From positions 32,001 to 96,000 of IMG/VR virus record IMGVR_UViG_3300034061_002572: DNA of 64,000 bases. One strand, given 5' to 3'. The stretch is from a virus. Made by a program: the position numbers and the translations under genes. Below, in pieces: positions 49,395-58,936 of the stretch. The notes under the pieces were generated by a model. That model worked only from the letters and a program-made list of their open reading frames with translations. It did not search any database and was not told the DNA's origin. Each line of letters begins with the position of its first letter. Positions within the stretch are counted from its first letter, which is position 1.

Positions 49395-52145
49395 TTAATC
49401 TTTCTTTTTATTATTTTGTTTTTGATCAAACTTGTTTTTATTTACTTGAGCTATCTGTAATTGTTTATCTGCAATATCTCTTTGAGCTTGAATTTTTTCT
49501 CTTTCAATATTGTTTTTCTCTCTATCAATAGTCATTCTATTTGAATCTTTTTCTCTCTGAAGATTAGTTTGTTCTTGATATTGTTCCGTAGCTCTTATTT
49601 CTTTCATAGCATCCGCATAGTCAGACATTTGGTTTTCATTAACATCAACTGCAGCACCATATCCAGCAGCTCTAATTTCAGCCACTGTGATATTATTCTG
49701 AAGTTGTTTATCTTGTCTTTCAGCTTCCGCCTGAATTTGCATTTGTTTTTGTTTCTCCTGAGATTGAAGTTGTTCAGTTTGCATTTGTTGTTGAGATTGC
49801 ATCTCTTGTTCCTTCATTTGTTTTTGCTTATCTTCAGAAGCCTTAAGAACAGTATTAAGTTGTGCAATAGAGTCAGACTGAATAATTTGACCAAGATCAT
49901 AAATACTAGCACCTGCTGTATTATTTGACATAGCCAATTGTTTAAGTTGTTCAAGAATAGCTCTATGATTTGCTGTAGTACTGCAGAATATATTTAGATC
50001 CCTTAATAAAAGTTCTGTTCCATTAACTTGGAAGTTTACTTTTTCATCTGCAGAAGTTACATATGTTAGTCTTGCAGAAGGATTAGTTGAATGATAATAC
50101 TGAGCTAAGTCAGTTCTCATTTGATGGACTCTTGGCATTAAATAATCACAGTGCTGAATAAAGAATACTTCTGTTTGTGCATAAGAAGCAGATGTTGCTT
50201 GTTCTACACCTGTTGCAGTTAATTGAGATAACTGCTGACCCATTCTTTGAGGATTTAATCCTATCACTTCAAATGCTTGAGATTTAAAATGATTAGCTAA
50301 CTGAATCCTAGACATTAATCTTTCTGTTTGAGAAAGATCTAGTTTTTGGAAATGCTGGAAGTTTAATGCATTTTCAGTGTTAGTAATACTAGTGTCTAAT
50401 GGAAGCATTTGGAAATTCTTCATAGCAACATATGCTTTTGCTAAATTTCCTTTTCCCCAATCTTCACCTAGTGAATGTCGTGGAAGAGTGTTCTGATCTA
50501 ACATGATAATTGTACCAAGTTCATCAACTAAGATGTCTGCAATCTGATTGTTAACTATGTTGTATCCAATCTGATATGGCTTCATTAAGTCAATTAATGC
50601 TGTTGACTTGGTATTTCTATCTGAAAATACAGCACCTTCTACTGGTAACTTACAGCCATAAAGAGTACTATCTCCTTTGAACTGAAATTTTAAAGGTCCT
50701 AAATTATTTTTTTCAATTCCTAAGTATATTGGAGAAAAACCTCCTGGATTATTCATTCCCCAAAATGAAGGAATATTAGGTCCAATTTTTACACCACCCC
50801 ATGTTTCATTAATCCAGATCCAATCTATATGTTCTCCATACACTAAAGTGTCTTTAGTTTTATTTTTAAAGAGTCTGTTATCATAGATAGGTTTATCTGT
50901 CACTACATATTCTTCTGATACTATTTCAGTGGTTACTTCACCTAGATCAGTGATTTTAGTTAAGTGTCCTACTTTCTTTTGTGATTTCCAATATACAGTT
51001 GATACTCTTAGTAAATATGCTGTACCTTGATCATAGTAGTCTTCACTTTCTGCAATTATTTGAGATACTATATCTGCACCATCTAATACAGTTCCGGACA
51101 TAGCTGAAGTATACTGTCTGTATGCAAGAGATGGCATATTAACATTCCATTCATGAGACTTAGTTCCATCATAGAATGAACCATCATTTTGTAATCCTCC
51201 GATTGTATATCCAGCAGATCTAATAGGATATACATTTTCTAAAGCCTCAAGTTGTTCTTGTGTCATTAGATATCCATATTTATCTATTACATCTGACACA
51301 GTCATCATATCTGTTTTACCTACCCAGTTACCTTGAGAGATATATCTTACATCTGGAGACTTATGATAAAATGTCAATGCAGGATTCCAAAGTTCAATTT
51401 CATAATCATCTTCCATCATCTTAAAGTGCCAGAATTCTCTGTCTGTAATAAGCATATCACGGAATCCTCTTTCCTCTAACTCATCCATTCTAAACCTTTC
51501 AACATCAACTCTATGCTGATGAGCAGCCCATTGTTCTGTCATTGATTGGTAGTCTTTCTTAAAAAACTTTTCAATCTCAGGAAGAGTTTTTAGTTTATCA
51601 GGAGAAGTTTCTTGCTGAAACTCTGGACTTTCAGGATCCATACCCTGAGCAACTAAGGCTTGTGTAATTTTCATTTGAGCATCTGAAAGAAGAACTTCTT
51701 CTACCATCTTTCTTTTTTGCTCAAGCATTTCATTATATGAAAAGTCATCAACTGCTCTATATGTAAGTTTTGTAGATCTTTTAGCAAATTCACCTACTAG
51801 AACATTAATAACATTTGGAATGATCGGATAAAATTTTAGTTCAAGTGCTGATACATCTTCTTTAGTTAATATTTCAACTATATCTCTATAATCATTATCA
51901 TCCTCAACTATATAATCTGTCTTATCAATAATACCTTTTGCTAGTTTATAATTTTTCATTATTCTTCTAGCATTTCTTCTTAATTGTTTTAGACCTTGCC
52001 ACTCTAACCAGTCTAAGTTCCAAGCAGCCCATTGTTGATCTTTTTCTTTTTTAGGAAGAAACTGTAAAGGTTGAGTTATACTACCGATTCTATTTTGAGT
52101 AGACTTGGCTCCTTTCTTTGCTTGAATAGCATTTATAATTTGCAT
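49395..52145 (-). CDS. Portal protein
   Basis: 916 aa directly after TerL; YPIIPNVINVLVGE, LIDLMKPYQI.YNI, G..PQRMGQ; Q-rich barrel-like C-terminus. Confidence 0.85.
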   Translation of the reverse strand: MQIINAIQAKKGAKSTQNRIGSITQPLQFLPKKEKDQQWAAWNLDWLEWQGLKQLRRNARRIMKNYKLAKGIIDKTDYIVEDDNDYRDIVEILTKEDVSALELKFYPIIPNVINVLVGEFAKRSTKLTYRAVDDFSYNEMLEQKRKMVEEVLLSDAQMKITQALVAQGMDPESPEFQQETSPDKLKTLPEIEKFFKKDYQSMTEQWAAHQHRVDVERFRMDELEERGFRDMLITDREFWHFKMMEDDYEIELWNPALTFYHKSPDVRYISQGNWVGKTDMMTVSDVIDKYGYLMTQEQLEALENVYPIRSAGYTIGGLQNDGSFYDGTKSHEWNVNMPSLAYRQYTSAMSGTVLDGADIVSQIIAESEDYYDQGTAYLLRVSTVYWKSQKKVGHLTKITDLGEVTTEIVSEEYVVTDKPIYDNRLFKNKTKDTLVYGEHIDWIWINETWGGVKIGPNIPSFWGMNNPGGFSPIYLGIEKNNLGPLKFQFKGDSTLYGCKLPVEGAVFSDRNTKSTALIDLMKPYQIGYNIVNNQIADILVDELGTIIMLDQNTLPRHSLGEDWGKGNLAKAYVAMKNFQMLPLDTSITNTENALNFQHFQKLDLSQTERLMSRIQLANHFKSQAFEVIGLNPQRMGQQLSQLTATGVEQATSASYAQTEVFFIQHCDYLMPRVHQMRTDLAQYYHSTNPSARLTYVTSADEKVNFQVNGTELLLRDLNIFCSTTANHRAILEQLKQLAMSNNTAGASIYDLGQIIQSDSIAQLNTVLKASEDKQKQMKEQEMQSQQQMQTEQLQSQEKQKQMQIQAEAERQDKQLQNNITVAEIRAAGYGAAVDVNENQMSDYADAMKEIRATEQYQEQTNLQREKDSNRMTIDREKNNIEREKIQAQRDIADKQLQIAQVNKNKFDQKQNNKKKD

Positions 52146-52151
52146 AATGTA

Positions 52152-54353
52152 TTACTTTAAGTTTTTAAATGGTGATTTCTTAAATGATTGACCATTTGCA
52201 AGTTGCCCTCTTCCAACATGACGGAAAGGGCTTCTATTTAATTTAAACAAATTTTCTGACTTTTGCAAGTTTTTAGCTGCATCATCCATGATTGTTCTTC
52301 TTGAATATCCTCTGTTTGATTGTTGAATTTTCATAAATGCAACCAGTGCACAGAATGAAACTAATCTATCCACGTTAACTCCATCTGCATATGCTCTCAT
52401 TTCTTTGAGTAACATAGGATCTGGAATTCTTTCTATGCCATACTTGGTTCTTACAATAGTACCGTCAGGTTTTGTTTCAACATCTAATTCTTCTTTAGTG
52501 TATTCAATTGCGTAACTTAAGAGATGAGACTTAAATAATGTTCCGGTATTTTTCCATCCATATTCCTGAAAAACATTTGCATTTGCTCCTAAATCTTTTA
52601 GGAACATAATCTGACTTTTTGGAACTAAGTACTTTTGTTTTTTTCTGGAGATCATGTATTGAATGAATAGAGATATGTTGTTCTCTATCACCGTCCATGC
52701 ATTATACCATTCTATTATTAGCTCAAGTCTCTGATGTGTTTTATTAATATCATCAAATCTACCACACCATGCAGCTACAATTTTATCTGGTTCAATGTAT
52801 GTTTCAGTTTCTGTACCTGTTACTTTAGTTACTTCTATTGGAGCTTTCATTACATAGATAGAACATAATGATTCTGAAGTAGTTGTCTTACCTTCTGATA
52901 CAGGGTCGATAGAAGCATAATACTGCCCAAATGCAGGATCTGGAATCGGTCTTTCCCATACCACTAACACACCTGTTTTATCTTCGGTACTTTTAGTAAC
53001 TGGAAATTCCATAATAGGTCTTTTACTTGAAGCTTTTACAGTAGGTTTACCATCAGCATCTGTAGATATGTCTAAAAACTCATAGGCATACTCTTTATCT
53101 TCTATTCTTCTTTCTTGAGCTCCAACTAAATGAGATGGAAATACAGATACAGTTCTATGATCAAATGCTTCTTTAATATTTCTTGGATGCTGTGATATCC
53201 TTAATTGGTAAGTTTCAGGATCCAGTTCTTTTTTCCAAGTTTCAAATTGTTTGTCTAAAGCTTCTAGAGCTTCTTTTATAAGAGAGTTGCCATACTTATC
53301 TATGTATGGTGGCATAGACCATTGTTCCGGAATAAATAATCCTGATAATCCTCTGGTACCTTTCTCATCTAATAAGTCTGTTTCTACGGCATATATATCA
53401 CTATCTAATGGTTTAAGTATCATTTTTCTTAGTGGTTCACACTGTGATAAATCACCTACTGATCCTGCAGCAATAAACATTCCTGTAGTAATAAGTCCTG
53501 ATCTCATTGCAGGTCTCATATACTCATATGTCTGATCCATCTTTGGGGCAATTCCAGCCTCTTCATGGAAGAAGTATTTAACTGGACCCCCGACACCATT
53601 TGTAGGATCTTTCTCAAATGACATTCCTTGCATAGTACCCTTTAGACCCACTTCTGTTTTTCTATCACCTTTTCTTACTTCAATCTTTTGCTGCCACATT
53701 AAGACTTTGTCTGGAGACATTGGACGGTACCATGCAGTATGCTCATTAAGGAAGGCAGCATATTCCGATAAGAACTTCCAAGAACCTTTCTCATTAATAT
53801 AGTCTTTAAGACTAGCACCCATTTTCAAAGTAACTCCTGGTTCAAACCATAACTGATTAAGTAGTTTAGATATATGAAAGTATGAAGATGCAATCTGACG
53901 TTTCTTTAAAATAGCTACATGTTTGTAGTTTAATTCAGCAAGTAGTTCATATAATGCCATATGATACTGAGCATCCCTAATTTTAGCAAAGTCAAACTTT
54001 TGTTGTTCCTTATCAAAGATTGGTAAAAAGTTTAACCACATATAATAATCCCTGGTAAGATACCATTTCTTATTTCCATTTATGTAGAATACACCTTTTC
54101 TACATTTAGTTTTCTGATCATCCCAATAAGCTATAAAATCTTTAGATTTAAATGGAGCTGTACAGTAAACATTTTTAGTTCTAAATGCTGTAGCTTGTTC
54201 ATTAAATAAATAAGAAGTGTCATCAAAGTCATATTTACCTGGTTCAGTAAATATATCTGCTATTGCTCTAGAAAACTCTTCTCTAGAATCATAAGATACA
54301 GTAGTCCATGTACCATTATCCCAACAAGGTATATCTTGAAAAATTTCACTCAT
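52152..54353 (-). CDS. terL: Terminase large subunit
   Basis: Walker A-like LKKRQIASS, Walker B FFHEEAG, nuclease YASIDPV...DRLVS. Confidence 0.9.
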   Translation of the reverse strand: MSEIFQDIPCWDNGTWTTVSYDSREEFSRAIADIFTEPGKYDFDDTSYLFNEQATAFRTKNVYCTAPFKSKDFIAYWDDQKTKCRKGVFYINGNKKWYLTRDYYMWLNFLPIFDKEQQKFDFAKIRDAQYHMALYELLAELNYKHVAILKKRQIASSYFHISKLLNQLWFEPGVTLKMGASLKDYINEKGSWKFLSEYAAFLNEHTAWYRPMSPDKVLMWQQKIEVRKGDRKTEVGLKGTMQGMSFEKDPTNGVGGPVKYFFHEEAGIAPKMDQTYEYMRPAMRSGLITTGMFIAAGSVGDLSQCEPLRKMILKPLDSDIYAVETDLLDEKGTRGLSGLFIPEQWSMPPYIDKYGNSLIKEALEALDKQFETWKKELDPETYQLRISQHPRNIKEAFDHRTVSVFPSHLVGAQERRIEDKEYAYEFLDISTDADGKPTVKASSKRPIMEFPVTKSTEDKTGVLVVWERPIPDPAFGQYYASIDPVSEGKTTTSESLCSIYVMKAPIEVTKVTGTETETYIEPDKIVAAWCGRFDDINKTHQRLELIIEWYNAWTVIENNISLFIQYMISRKKQKYLVPKSQIMFLKDLGANANVFQEYGWKNTGTLFKSHLLSYAIEYTKEELDVETKPDGTIVRTKYGIERIPDPMLLKEMRAYADGVNVDRLVSFCALVAFMKIQQSNRGYSRRTIMDDAAKNLQKSENLFKLNRSPFRHVGRGQLANGQSFKKSPFKNLK

Positions 54354-54355
54354 CT

Positions 54356-54871
54356 TTATTGATCATATGCCATACCTATTCCTCCGCGCACTTTACTAGA
54401 TTGTTCTTCTTGTAAGTCTTTATAAACTCCTTTAAATGAGGCTCTTATCTGGTCAAAATTCTTTGCGGCTGCAACAAGTGAATTAATATTACCATCTCTT
54501 CCTGCAGTAATTGTTGTAGTCTCCATATATTTTGCTAATCTGTCTAACATAGATGCAATACCTTTATACGCTCTAGATGTAGGTGTTTCATACATTCTTT
54601 CACAAAACCTTAATGCATCAAATATAGTTTTGTCTTCAGTAGAGAATTCAGCTTCTATTTCTCTTATAATTAACATTTCTTTTTCAGCTTCCGGAGTATG
54701 AAAGAAAGGATTCATATCTGGATTAGGACAAGTCATATAGAATAAGTACTGATATATCTTTAGATAATCATCCGGATATTCATCCATAACATCTTTAAGA
54801 GCTTTCAGTGTATAACAATGTTCTGTAGGAATAACAGTATTGTTTTGTACATCAAATAGTTTTATAAGCAT
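54356..54871 (-). CDS. Putative terminase small subunit (start probably MLIKLF at 54871)
   Basis: Helical ~170 aa protein immediately upstream of TerL. Confidence 0.5.
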   Translation of the reverse strand: MLIKLFDVQNNTVIPTEHCYTLKALKDVMDEYPDDYLKIYQYLFYMTCPNPDMNPFFHTPEAEKEMLIIREIEAEFSTEDKTIFDALRFCERMYETPTSRAYKGIASMLDRLAKYMETTTITAGRDGNINSLVAAAKNFDQIRASFKGVYKDLQEEQSSKVRGGIGMAYDQ

Positions 54872-54872
54872 T

Positions 54873-55703
54873 TTACTTCTTTTTAATTTTATCTTTATTA
54901 TCACGCAAGTAATGCATAATAGCCATAACTTCATCAATTAAATAAGGTACCTGAATTGGTATAACTTCTTTTACTATTGGTTCTCCATTTTTATCTAGTT
55001 TGCTTATTGGATATCCCCAGTCATCTTCTTTTTCTACTTCAAATGTAATATGATGTATATAAATATTTCCAGCTTTTAATTTAGGATTATGCTTTAGTAT
55101 AATATACATATAAATACTGAGCTGTAATGCATAATGATAAAAGTTACAGTCATCTAATGTGTCTACTGGAAATACCATTTTTTCTGATTGACCTTCCCAG
55201 TTTATATAAGATTCTTTTTTAATCTCTTTGTTAGTTTTGTAGTCAATGATATTTACTTTACCATTGACTACTTCTACTAAATCTGATTGTCCACAGATAC
55301 CAACTGATCTAAGATAGACCATATGTTCTGGATACACGCCTGGTTCTAATTTTTGAGAAGGAGCAATTTTAACTCCATCTTTTAATTCTACTGGAGAAAA
55401 TATAGGAACCGTAACACCCTCTCTTTCTATTGATGCTAAAGAACATAAATCAGCTTCTCTCTGATTATGATACCAAGTACCTAACATAAGAGATCTGTCA
55501 GATTCATTGGTCCAAATCTGTTGAATAATTTCAGGACTAACTCCGGACCACTTAGACTTTTTAGATTTGGAAACTTTCTCAGCAACTTTCTTTGCATCAA
55601 AAGGTTTTTTAAAATGGGAAACAAGTGTTGTCACACTTATCCAGTCTATAGCTTCTCCATCTATACTGGAGTAACTATGATTATCTGCATTAAACTTTAT
55701 CAT
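54873..55703 (-). CDS. PD-(D/E)xK exonuclease (start probably MIKFNA at 55703)
   Basis: SVTT, GTWYH, GQSDL, IIDYKT, YALQLSIY; ATGA overlap with the upstream gene. Confidence 0.85.
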   Translation of the reverse strand: MIKFNADNHSYSSIDGEAIDWISVTTLVSHFKKPFDAKKVAEKVSKSKKSKWSGVSPEIIQQIWTNESDRSLMLGTWYHNQREADLCSLASIEREGVTVPIFSPVELKDGVKIAPSQKLEPGVYPEHMVYLRSVGICGQSDLVEVVNGKVNIIDYKTNKEIKKESYINWEGQSEKMVFPVDTLDDCNFYHYALQLSIYMYIILKHNPKLKAGNIYIHHITFEVEKEDDWGYPISKLDKNGEPIVKEVIPIQVPYLIDEVMAIMHYLRDNKDKIKKK

Positions 55704-56002
55704 AACTTTTCCAATTCTTCTTCTTGATCTTCTGTAGCTATAGCATCCCATTTACCTAATGGGCACTCTGATGATAATGATCTGGTTTTAAATGCTAATG
55801 AACATCCACACTCAGCACAACAAGGCTGTGTTTTCTTTACAGCACACTCTTTACCTTTAGTATCTAAGTGTTCACAGTCATCACAGATATCATGTCTCAT
55901 CCGTGCTATGTCTTCTACAAACTCATCTCTAATAATAGAGTTTTTAATTCCTTCCAGGATTCCTTTTCTATTCTCCCAGATTGTTTTCAGTACTGCTCTC
56001 AT
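55700..56002 (-). CDS. Cys-rich Zn-finger protein (DUF6171-like)
   Basis: R..IC..C...CCAECGC...K...CPLGKW. Confidence 0.65.
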   Translation of the reverse strand: MRAVLKTIWENRKGILEGIKNSIIRDEFVEDIARMRHDICDDCEHLDTKGKECAVKKTQPCCAECGCSLAFKTRSLSSECPLGKWDAIATEDQEEELEKL

Positions 56003-56357
56003 CTTTATTTCTTTTAAATTCTAATTTTCTTATTTCTTCTAAACTTATTTTGTGCTCAAGTTCAATTAATAAAGAAAGCTTATTCTCAATCATCTTTCTA
56101 TTATAATATGCACCATAGGTAGATGTATCATGGTTTTCTAAACTCTTAGTGTATTTTGGAATTGATTTTCTTACTAATCCACTTTTTGCAACAAAATGTC
56201 CAAGACCTTCTACATTAATCCTTGGATGTGCTAGACTGCTCAAAGTTTTTCTTAACTCCCCATAATAAAATTCAACAATATCTTGAATCATATTTGGATT
56301 TTCATTTAACTGCTCTGCTAAATCTTTGTATAGACTACTGGACTTCTTCGGTATCAT
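55968..56357 (-). CDS. HU/IHF-like DNA-binding protein
   Basis: Two helices followed by INVEGLGHF. Confidence 0.6.
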   Translation of the reverse strand: MIPKKSSSLYKDLAEQLNENPNMIQDIVEFYYGELRKTLSSLAHPRINVEGLGHFVAKSGLVRKSIPKYTKSLENHDTSTYGAYYNRKMIENKLSLLIELEHKISLEEIRKLEFKRNKDESSTENNLGE

Positions 56358-56715
56358 TCCCTAAAATTTTATAGTCTAATAGTAAGGTTCCTTCAGTTTG
56401 AATTTGTAGGGTGGGATTTAGTAATATTTGTTTTTTGTTTTCTGAGTCTTTAACTACTAATCCACTTTTTTCAGCTTTATTAATACAATTTCTAACTGTT
56501 TGAGGAGATTTAAATATCCAGTCTTCTTCTGAAGATGCATCATAACAAAAATGAGTAAGTTCAATTGGTTGATTGAAACTTAATAACGTTAAACAGTTAA
56601 GATCAGATTCACTCACTGTAATACGGTTAATATAACAGTGAGTTAAAATCTGAAATTTCACTACATCCCACTTTGGCATTCTAATACGTTTCTGTACTTG
56701 ATTGACAAGGGCCAT
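56335..56715 (-). CDS. Putative winged-helix DNA-binding protein
   Basis: SPQTVRNCINKAEKSGLVVK...ILLNP pattern. Confidence 0.5.
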   Translation of the reverse strand: MALVNQVQKRIRMPKWDVVKFQILTHCYINRITVSESDLNCLTLLSFNQPIELTHFCYDASSEEDWIFKSPQTVRNCINKAEKSGLVVKDSENKKQILLNPTLQIQTEGTLLLDYKILGNDTEEVQ

Positions 56716-56718
56716 GTC

Positions 56719-57024
56719 TTATGATTTTTTTAACTTTCTCTCCTTTGGTGCATTTAGAGATTCTGTTTCTTGTTCAACTTCTGAGTCATCTTCATTTTGT
56801 CCATGCTCTGATTGAGATTGCATAAGCATACCAAATTGTACTTGGATGCTTGCTCTTTTAAATCTTACCTCATCTATTTTAGCCAATATACTTTCATACT
56901 CATATTGTGCATTTAAATAAGGTAATGAGTCCGTGTAAAAAGAAAGCATTTCTTCTTTTCTTTTTGCTAACTCTTCTGGAGACAATTGCTCCATTTCATC
57001 TGTTTGTTGGTTTAAATTTTCCAT
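56719..57024 (-). CDS. Small acidic coiled-coil protein (start probably MENLNQ at 57024)
   Basis: First gene after the promoter at ~57050; the ORF-track start lies inside the promoter. Confidence 0.6.
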   Translation of the reverse strand: MENLNQQTDEMEQLSPEELAKRKEEMLSFYTDSLPYLNAQYEYESILAKIDEVRFKRASIQVQFGMLMQSQSEHGQNEDDSEVEQETESLNAPKERKLKKS

Positions 57025-57045
57025 TTTATATATTTTAAGTTTAGA

Positions 57046-57053
57046 CAAATATA
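57046..57053 (-). promoter_or_regulatory. Putative promoter element TATATTTG
   Basis: Matches the Bacteroidota -7 consensus TAnnTTTG and the local TATATT family; just downstream of a terminator. Confidence 0.5.
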
Positions 57054-57085
57054 CAATAAAAGTTTAAACTAGATATATTTAAAAT

Positions 57086-57114
57086 AAAAAATCCAGGCAT
57101 AGAAAATACCTGGA
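57086..57114 (-). terminator. Rho-independent terminator
   Basis: TCCAGGTAT-tttct-ATGCCTGGA followed by TTTTTT. Confidence 0.8.
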
Positions 57115-57133
57115 GCACTTAAATTAGTATGTA

Positions 57134-57445
57134 TTATTTTTTTCTAGCTACAGCTCCGCCCTTTTTCTGTTTATTGAGATTTTCAAAACCTTTATAGGCA
57201 GCTATCCCAGTACCAATGCTTGCTAATGTACCAAGAAAACCTACACCAGCTTGTTCTACAGCTTTACCTATTTTTTTAAAAGTTTTTCTACAAGATTTTT
57301 TAAATCTATCACCAGGACCACATTGTTCAGTAGCACCACCAGCGGCATAACTTTTCATTGGTCTAATCATTGATTTAGCTCCACCTTTTTGCATTGACTT
57401 ACAAAATGCTGTAGCATCTGTAACTCCTTTTAGTCCATGTTTCAT
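57134..57445 (-). CDS. Small basic xxxGG protein with a hydrophobic segment
   Basis: MQKGG, YAAGG, QKKGG; AGVGFLGTLASIGTGIAAY. Confidence 0.65.
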   Translation of the reverse strand: MKHGLKGVTDATAFCKSMQKGGAKSMIRPMKSYAAGGATEQCGPGDRFKKSCRKTFKKIGKAVEQAGVGFLGTLASIGTGIAAYKGFENLNKQKKGGAVARKK

Positions 57446-57446
57446 G

Positions 57447-57605
57447 TTATCTATTTTTTATAGTAAAATTTAAAATAGTAAGAAGGTAAAATTCTCTAGA
57501 TAAATCTAGCTCTAATGTAAATACATCTAATGTTGAGATTCTTAATCTTAGCATTAGTTTATCCCATTGTTTGCGGGAACCTTTCCAGTTATTTCTAAAC
57601 TTCAT
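57447..57605 (-). CDS. 52 aa hypothetical protein (not in ORF track)
   Basis: MKFRNNWKGSRKQWDKLMLRLRISTLDVFTLELDLSREFYLLTILNFTIKNR; TAATG overlap upstream, stop 1 nt before the next ATG. Confidence 0.65.
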   Translation of the reverse strand: MKFRNNWKGSRKQWDKLMLRLRISTLDVFTLELDLSREFYLLTILNFTIKNR

Positions 57606-57913
57606 TACTTCTTGTTTCTTTTAGCTAAATGTTTAAGTATCCAACGGCTAAATGTAGTACCTATTGTTTTCAATGCTTTGTTATCAGCATCTACTGTAAC
57701 TTTAGAACCTTCAGCAGTTTTTTCTACTGTAACATCTAATTTAGGAGTATCAATAGTTACATGTTGTTCTGTTTCTGTAGCATGTACTTCTACATCTACT
57801 TTTGGAGTGTCTATAACTACATCCAAATTTTTCTTTTCTTTTCTAACGTAAGCTCTTTTAGTTTTTGTTTTTACTTCTAGCTCTACATTAACTTGTTTTT
57901 TCTTTCTTCCCAT
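57605..57913 (-). CDS. Hypothetical beta-rich protein
   Basis: Duplicated V.IDTPK.DV.V. Confidence 0.6.
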   Translation of the reverse strand: MGRKKKQVNVELEVKTKTKRAYVRKEKKNLDVVIDTPKVDVEVHATETEQHVTIDTPKLDVTVEKTAEGSKVTVDADNKALKTIGTTFSRWILKHLAKRNKK

Positions 57914-57940
57914 TGTTAAAAGTTTTAGTTAATTAATATA

Positions 57941-58408
57941 CTATGACCCTATCTCAAAATGCATCCAGTCATAATTCTTTTCTCTACCCAGGCTAATAAA
58001 GCCATGTTTGTAAAATATGTCTATCATCTGTTTATACTCAGGTCTTGCAAACCTAGCAGTCTTAGATGTTTCTTTTAAAGTGTTTCTGGCAGGATCTAAA
58101 TCAATAGCAATTCCCCAAGAGTGTTTACTCCAAGCTGAACCACCTCTCATTTTACGGAAATTAAAACAACCACCAAAAAGATCTATTCCTAATTCTTTAA
58201 TTTTGGGTAAACCATAAGTTGCAAGGATATCTTTAAATACAGCCTCAAACTTATCAGCAACTAATCTATGACATCTTAGTCTAGTGACTGTTGTATCTAA
58301 ATCCCAAGCTAATCTCATTGGGTAAGGCAGATTAACAGTAACAAGATATGCGGCTCCAGTTTCAGTTGGAGTTCCGTACTTCTTAATTGTCTGAGTTGTT
58401 GTCAACAT
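57941..58408 (-). CDS. Endolysin, peptidase M15 family (start probably MLTTTQ at 58408)
   Basis: [14 protein letters not shown] (SxHxxGxAxD), DWMHFE. Confidence 0.85.
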   Translation of the reverse strand: MLTTTQTIKKYGTPTETGAAYLVTVNLPYPMRLAWDLDTTVTRLRCHRLVADKFEAVFKDILATYGLPKIKELGIDLFGGCFNFRKMRGGSAWSKHSWGIAIDLDPARNTLKETSKTARFARPEYKQMIDIFYKHGFISLGREKNYDWMHFEIGS

Positions 58409-58631
58409 CTTCTTCTGTATTTGTTGGTTGGTCAATTGTCAGTTGGGATAATGTAGCAGCTACTGTTCCTGCTGTTACTACATATCCAGCTGCTGTGACT
58501 AATGCTGCTGGTAAAGTTACTGGAGCTGCAATAATTACTCCTGCTACTGCTCCGGCAACTATTGCTATTCTTTGCACCTTTTTCCAAAAGCTAGGGGTTG
58601 GTGCATCCCATCTTTGTTTTAATTGCTTCAT
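58383..58631 (-). CDS. Putative holin
   Basis: 82 aa with a long hydrophobic stretch (1-2 TM), directly upstream of the endolysin. Confidence 0.65.
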   Translation of the reverse strand: MKQLKQRWDAPTPSFWKKVQRIAIVAGAVAGVIIAAPVTLPAALVTAAGYVVTAGTVAATLSQLTIDQPTNTEEDVDNNSDN

Positions 58632-58936
58632 TTATTTAGTATAAATTGCTTCACTGCATCTGACAGTTCACTTACATTTTTTGCTAGATTTTTTATTTCT
58701 AGTTGAGTAAGCTCTTGGATAGCTTGGTATTTTAATTCTGAGCTCTGTTGAACTAGTTCTATTTTACCTTTAAGTTTTCCTAATTCTTCAGCTCTTTTTT
58801 GATCAGTTTGCATTAAAAGCTCTATGTCTTTTCTTGCATCCAAATATGCTGTTCTTAAAAAAAATCCGAAAATAGTTAATATTGTTCCGGATATAAAAAG
58901 TATTAAAGTTAAAACCCAAGTTTCCATACTGCACAA
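58628..58936 (-). CDS. Membrane-anchored coiled-coil lysis-associated protein
   Basis: N-terminal TM followed by a coiled coil; first gene of the lysis operon. Confidence 0.55.
   Translation of the reverse strand: MCSMETWVLTLILFISGTILTIFGFFLRTAYLDARKDIELLMQTDQKRAEELGKLKGKIELVQQSSELKYQAIQELTQLEIKNLAKNVSELSDAVKQFILNK

Noticed and set aside
54873-55703. Cas4 / CRISPR adaptation gene
   Set aside because: Lacks the four-Cys Fe-S pattern and any cas context; ordinary phage PD-(D/E)xK nuclease
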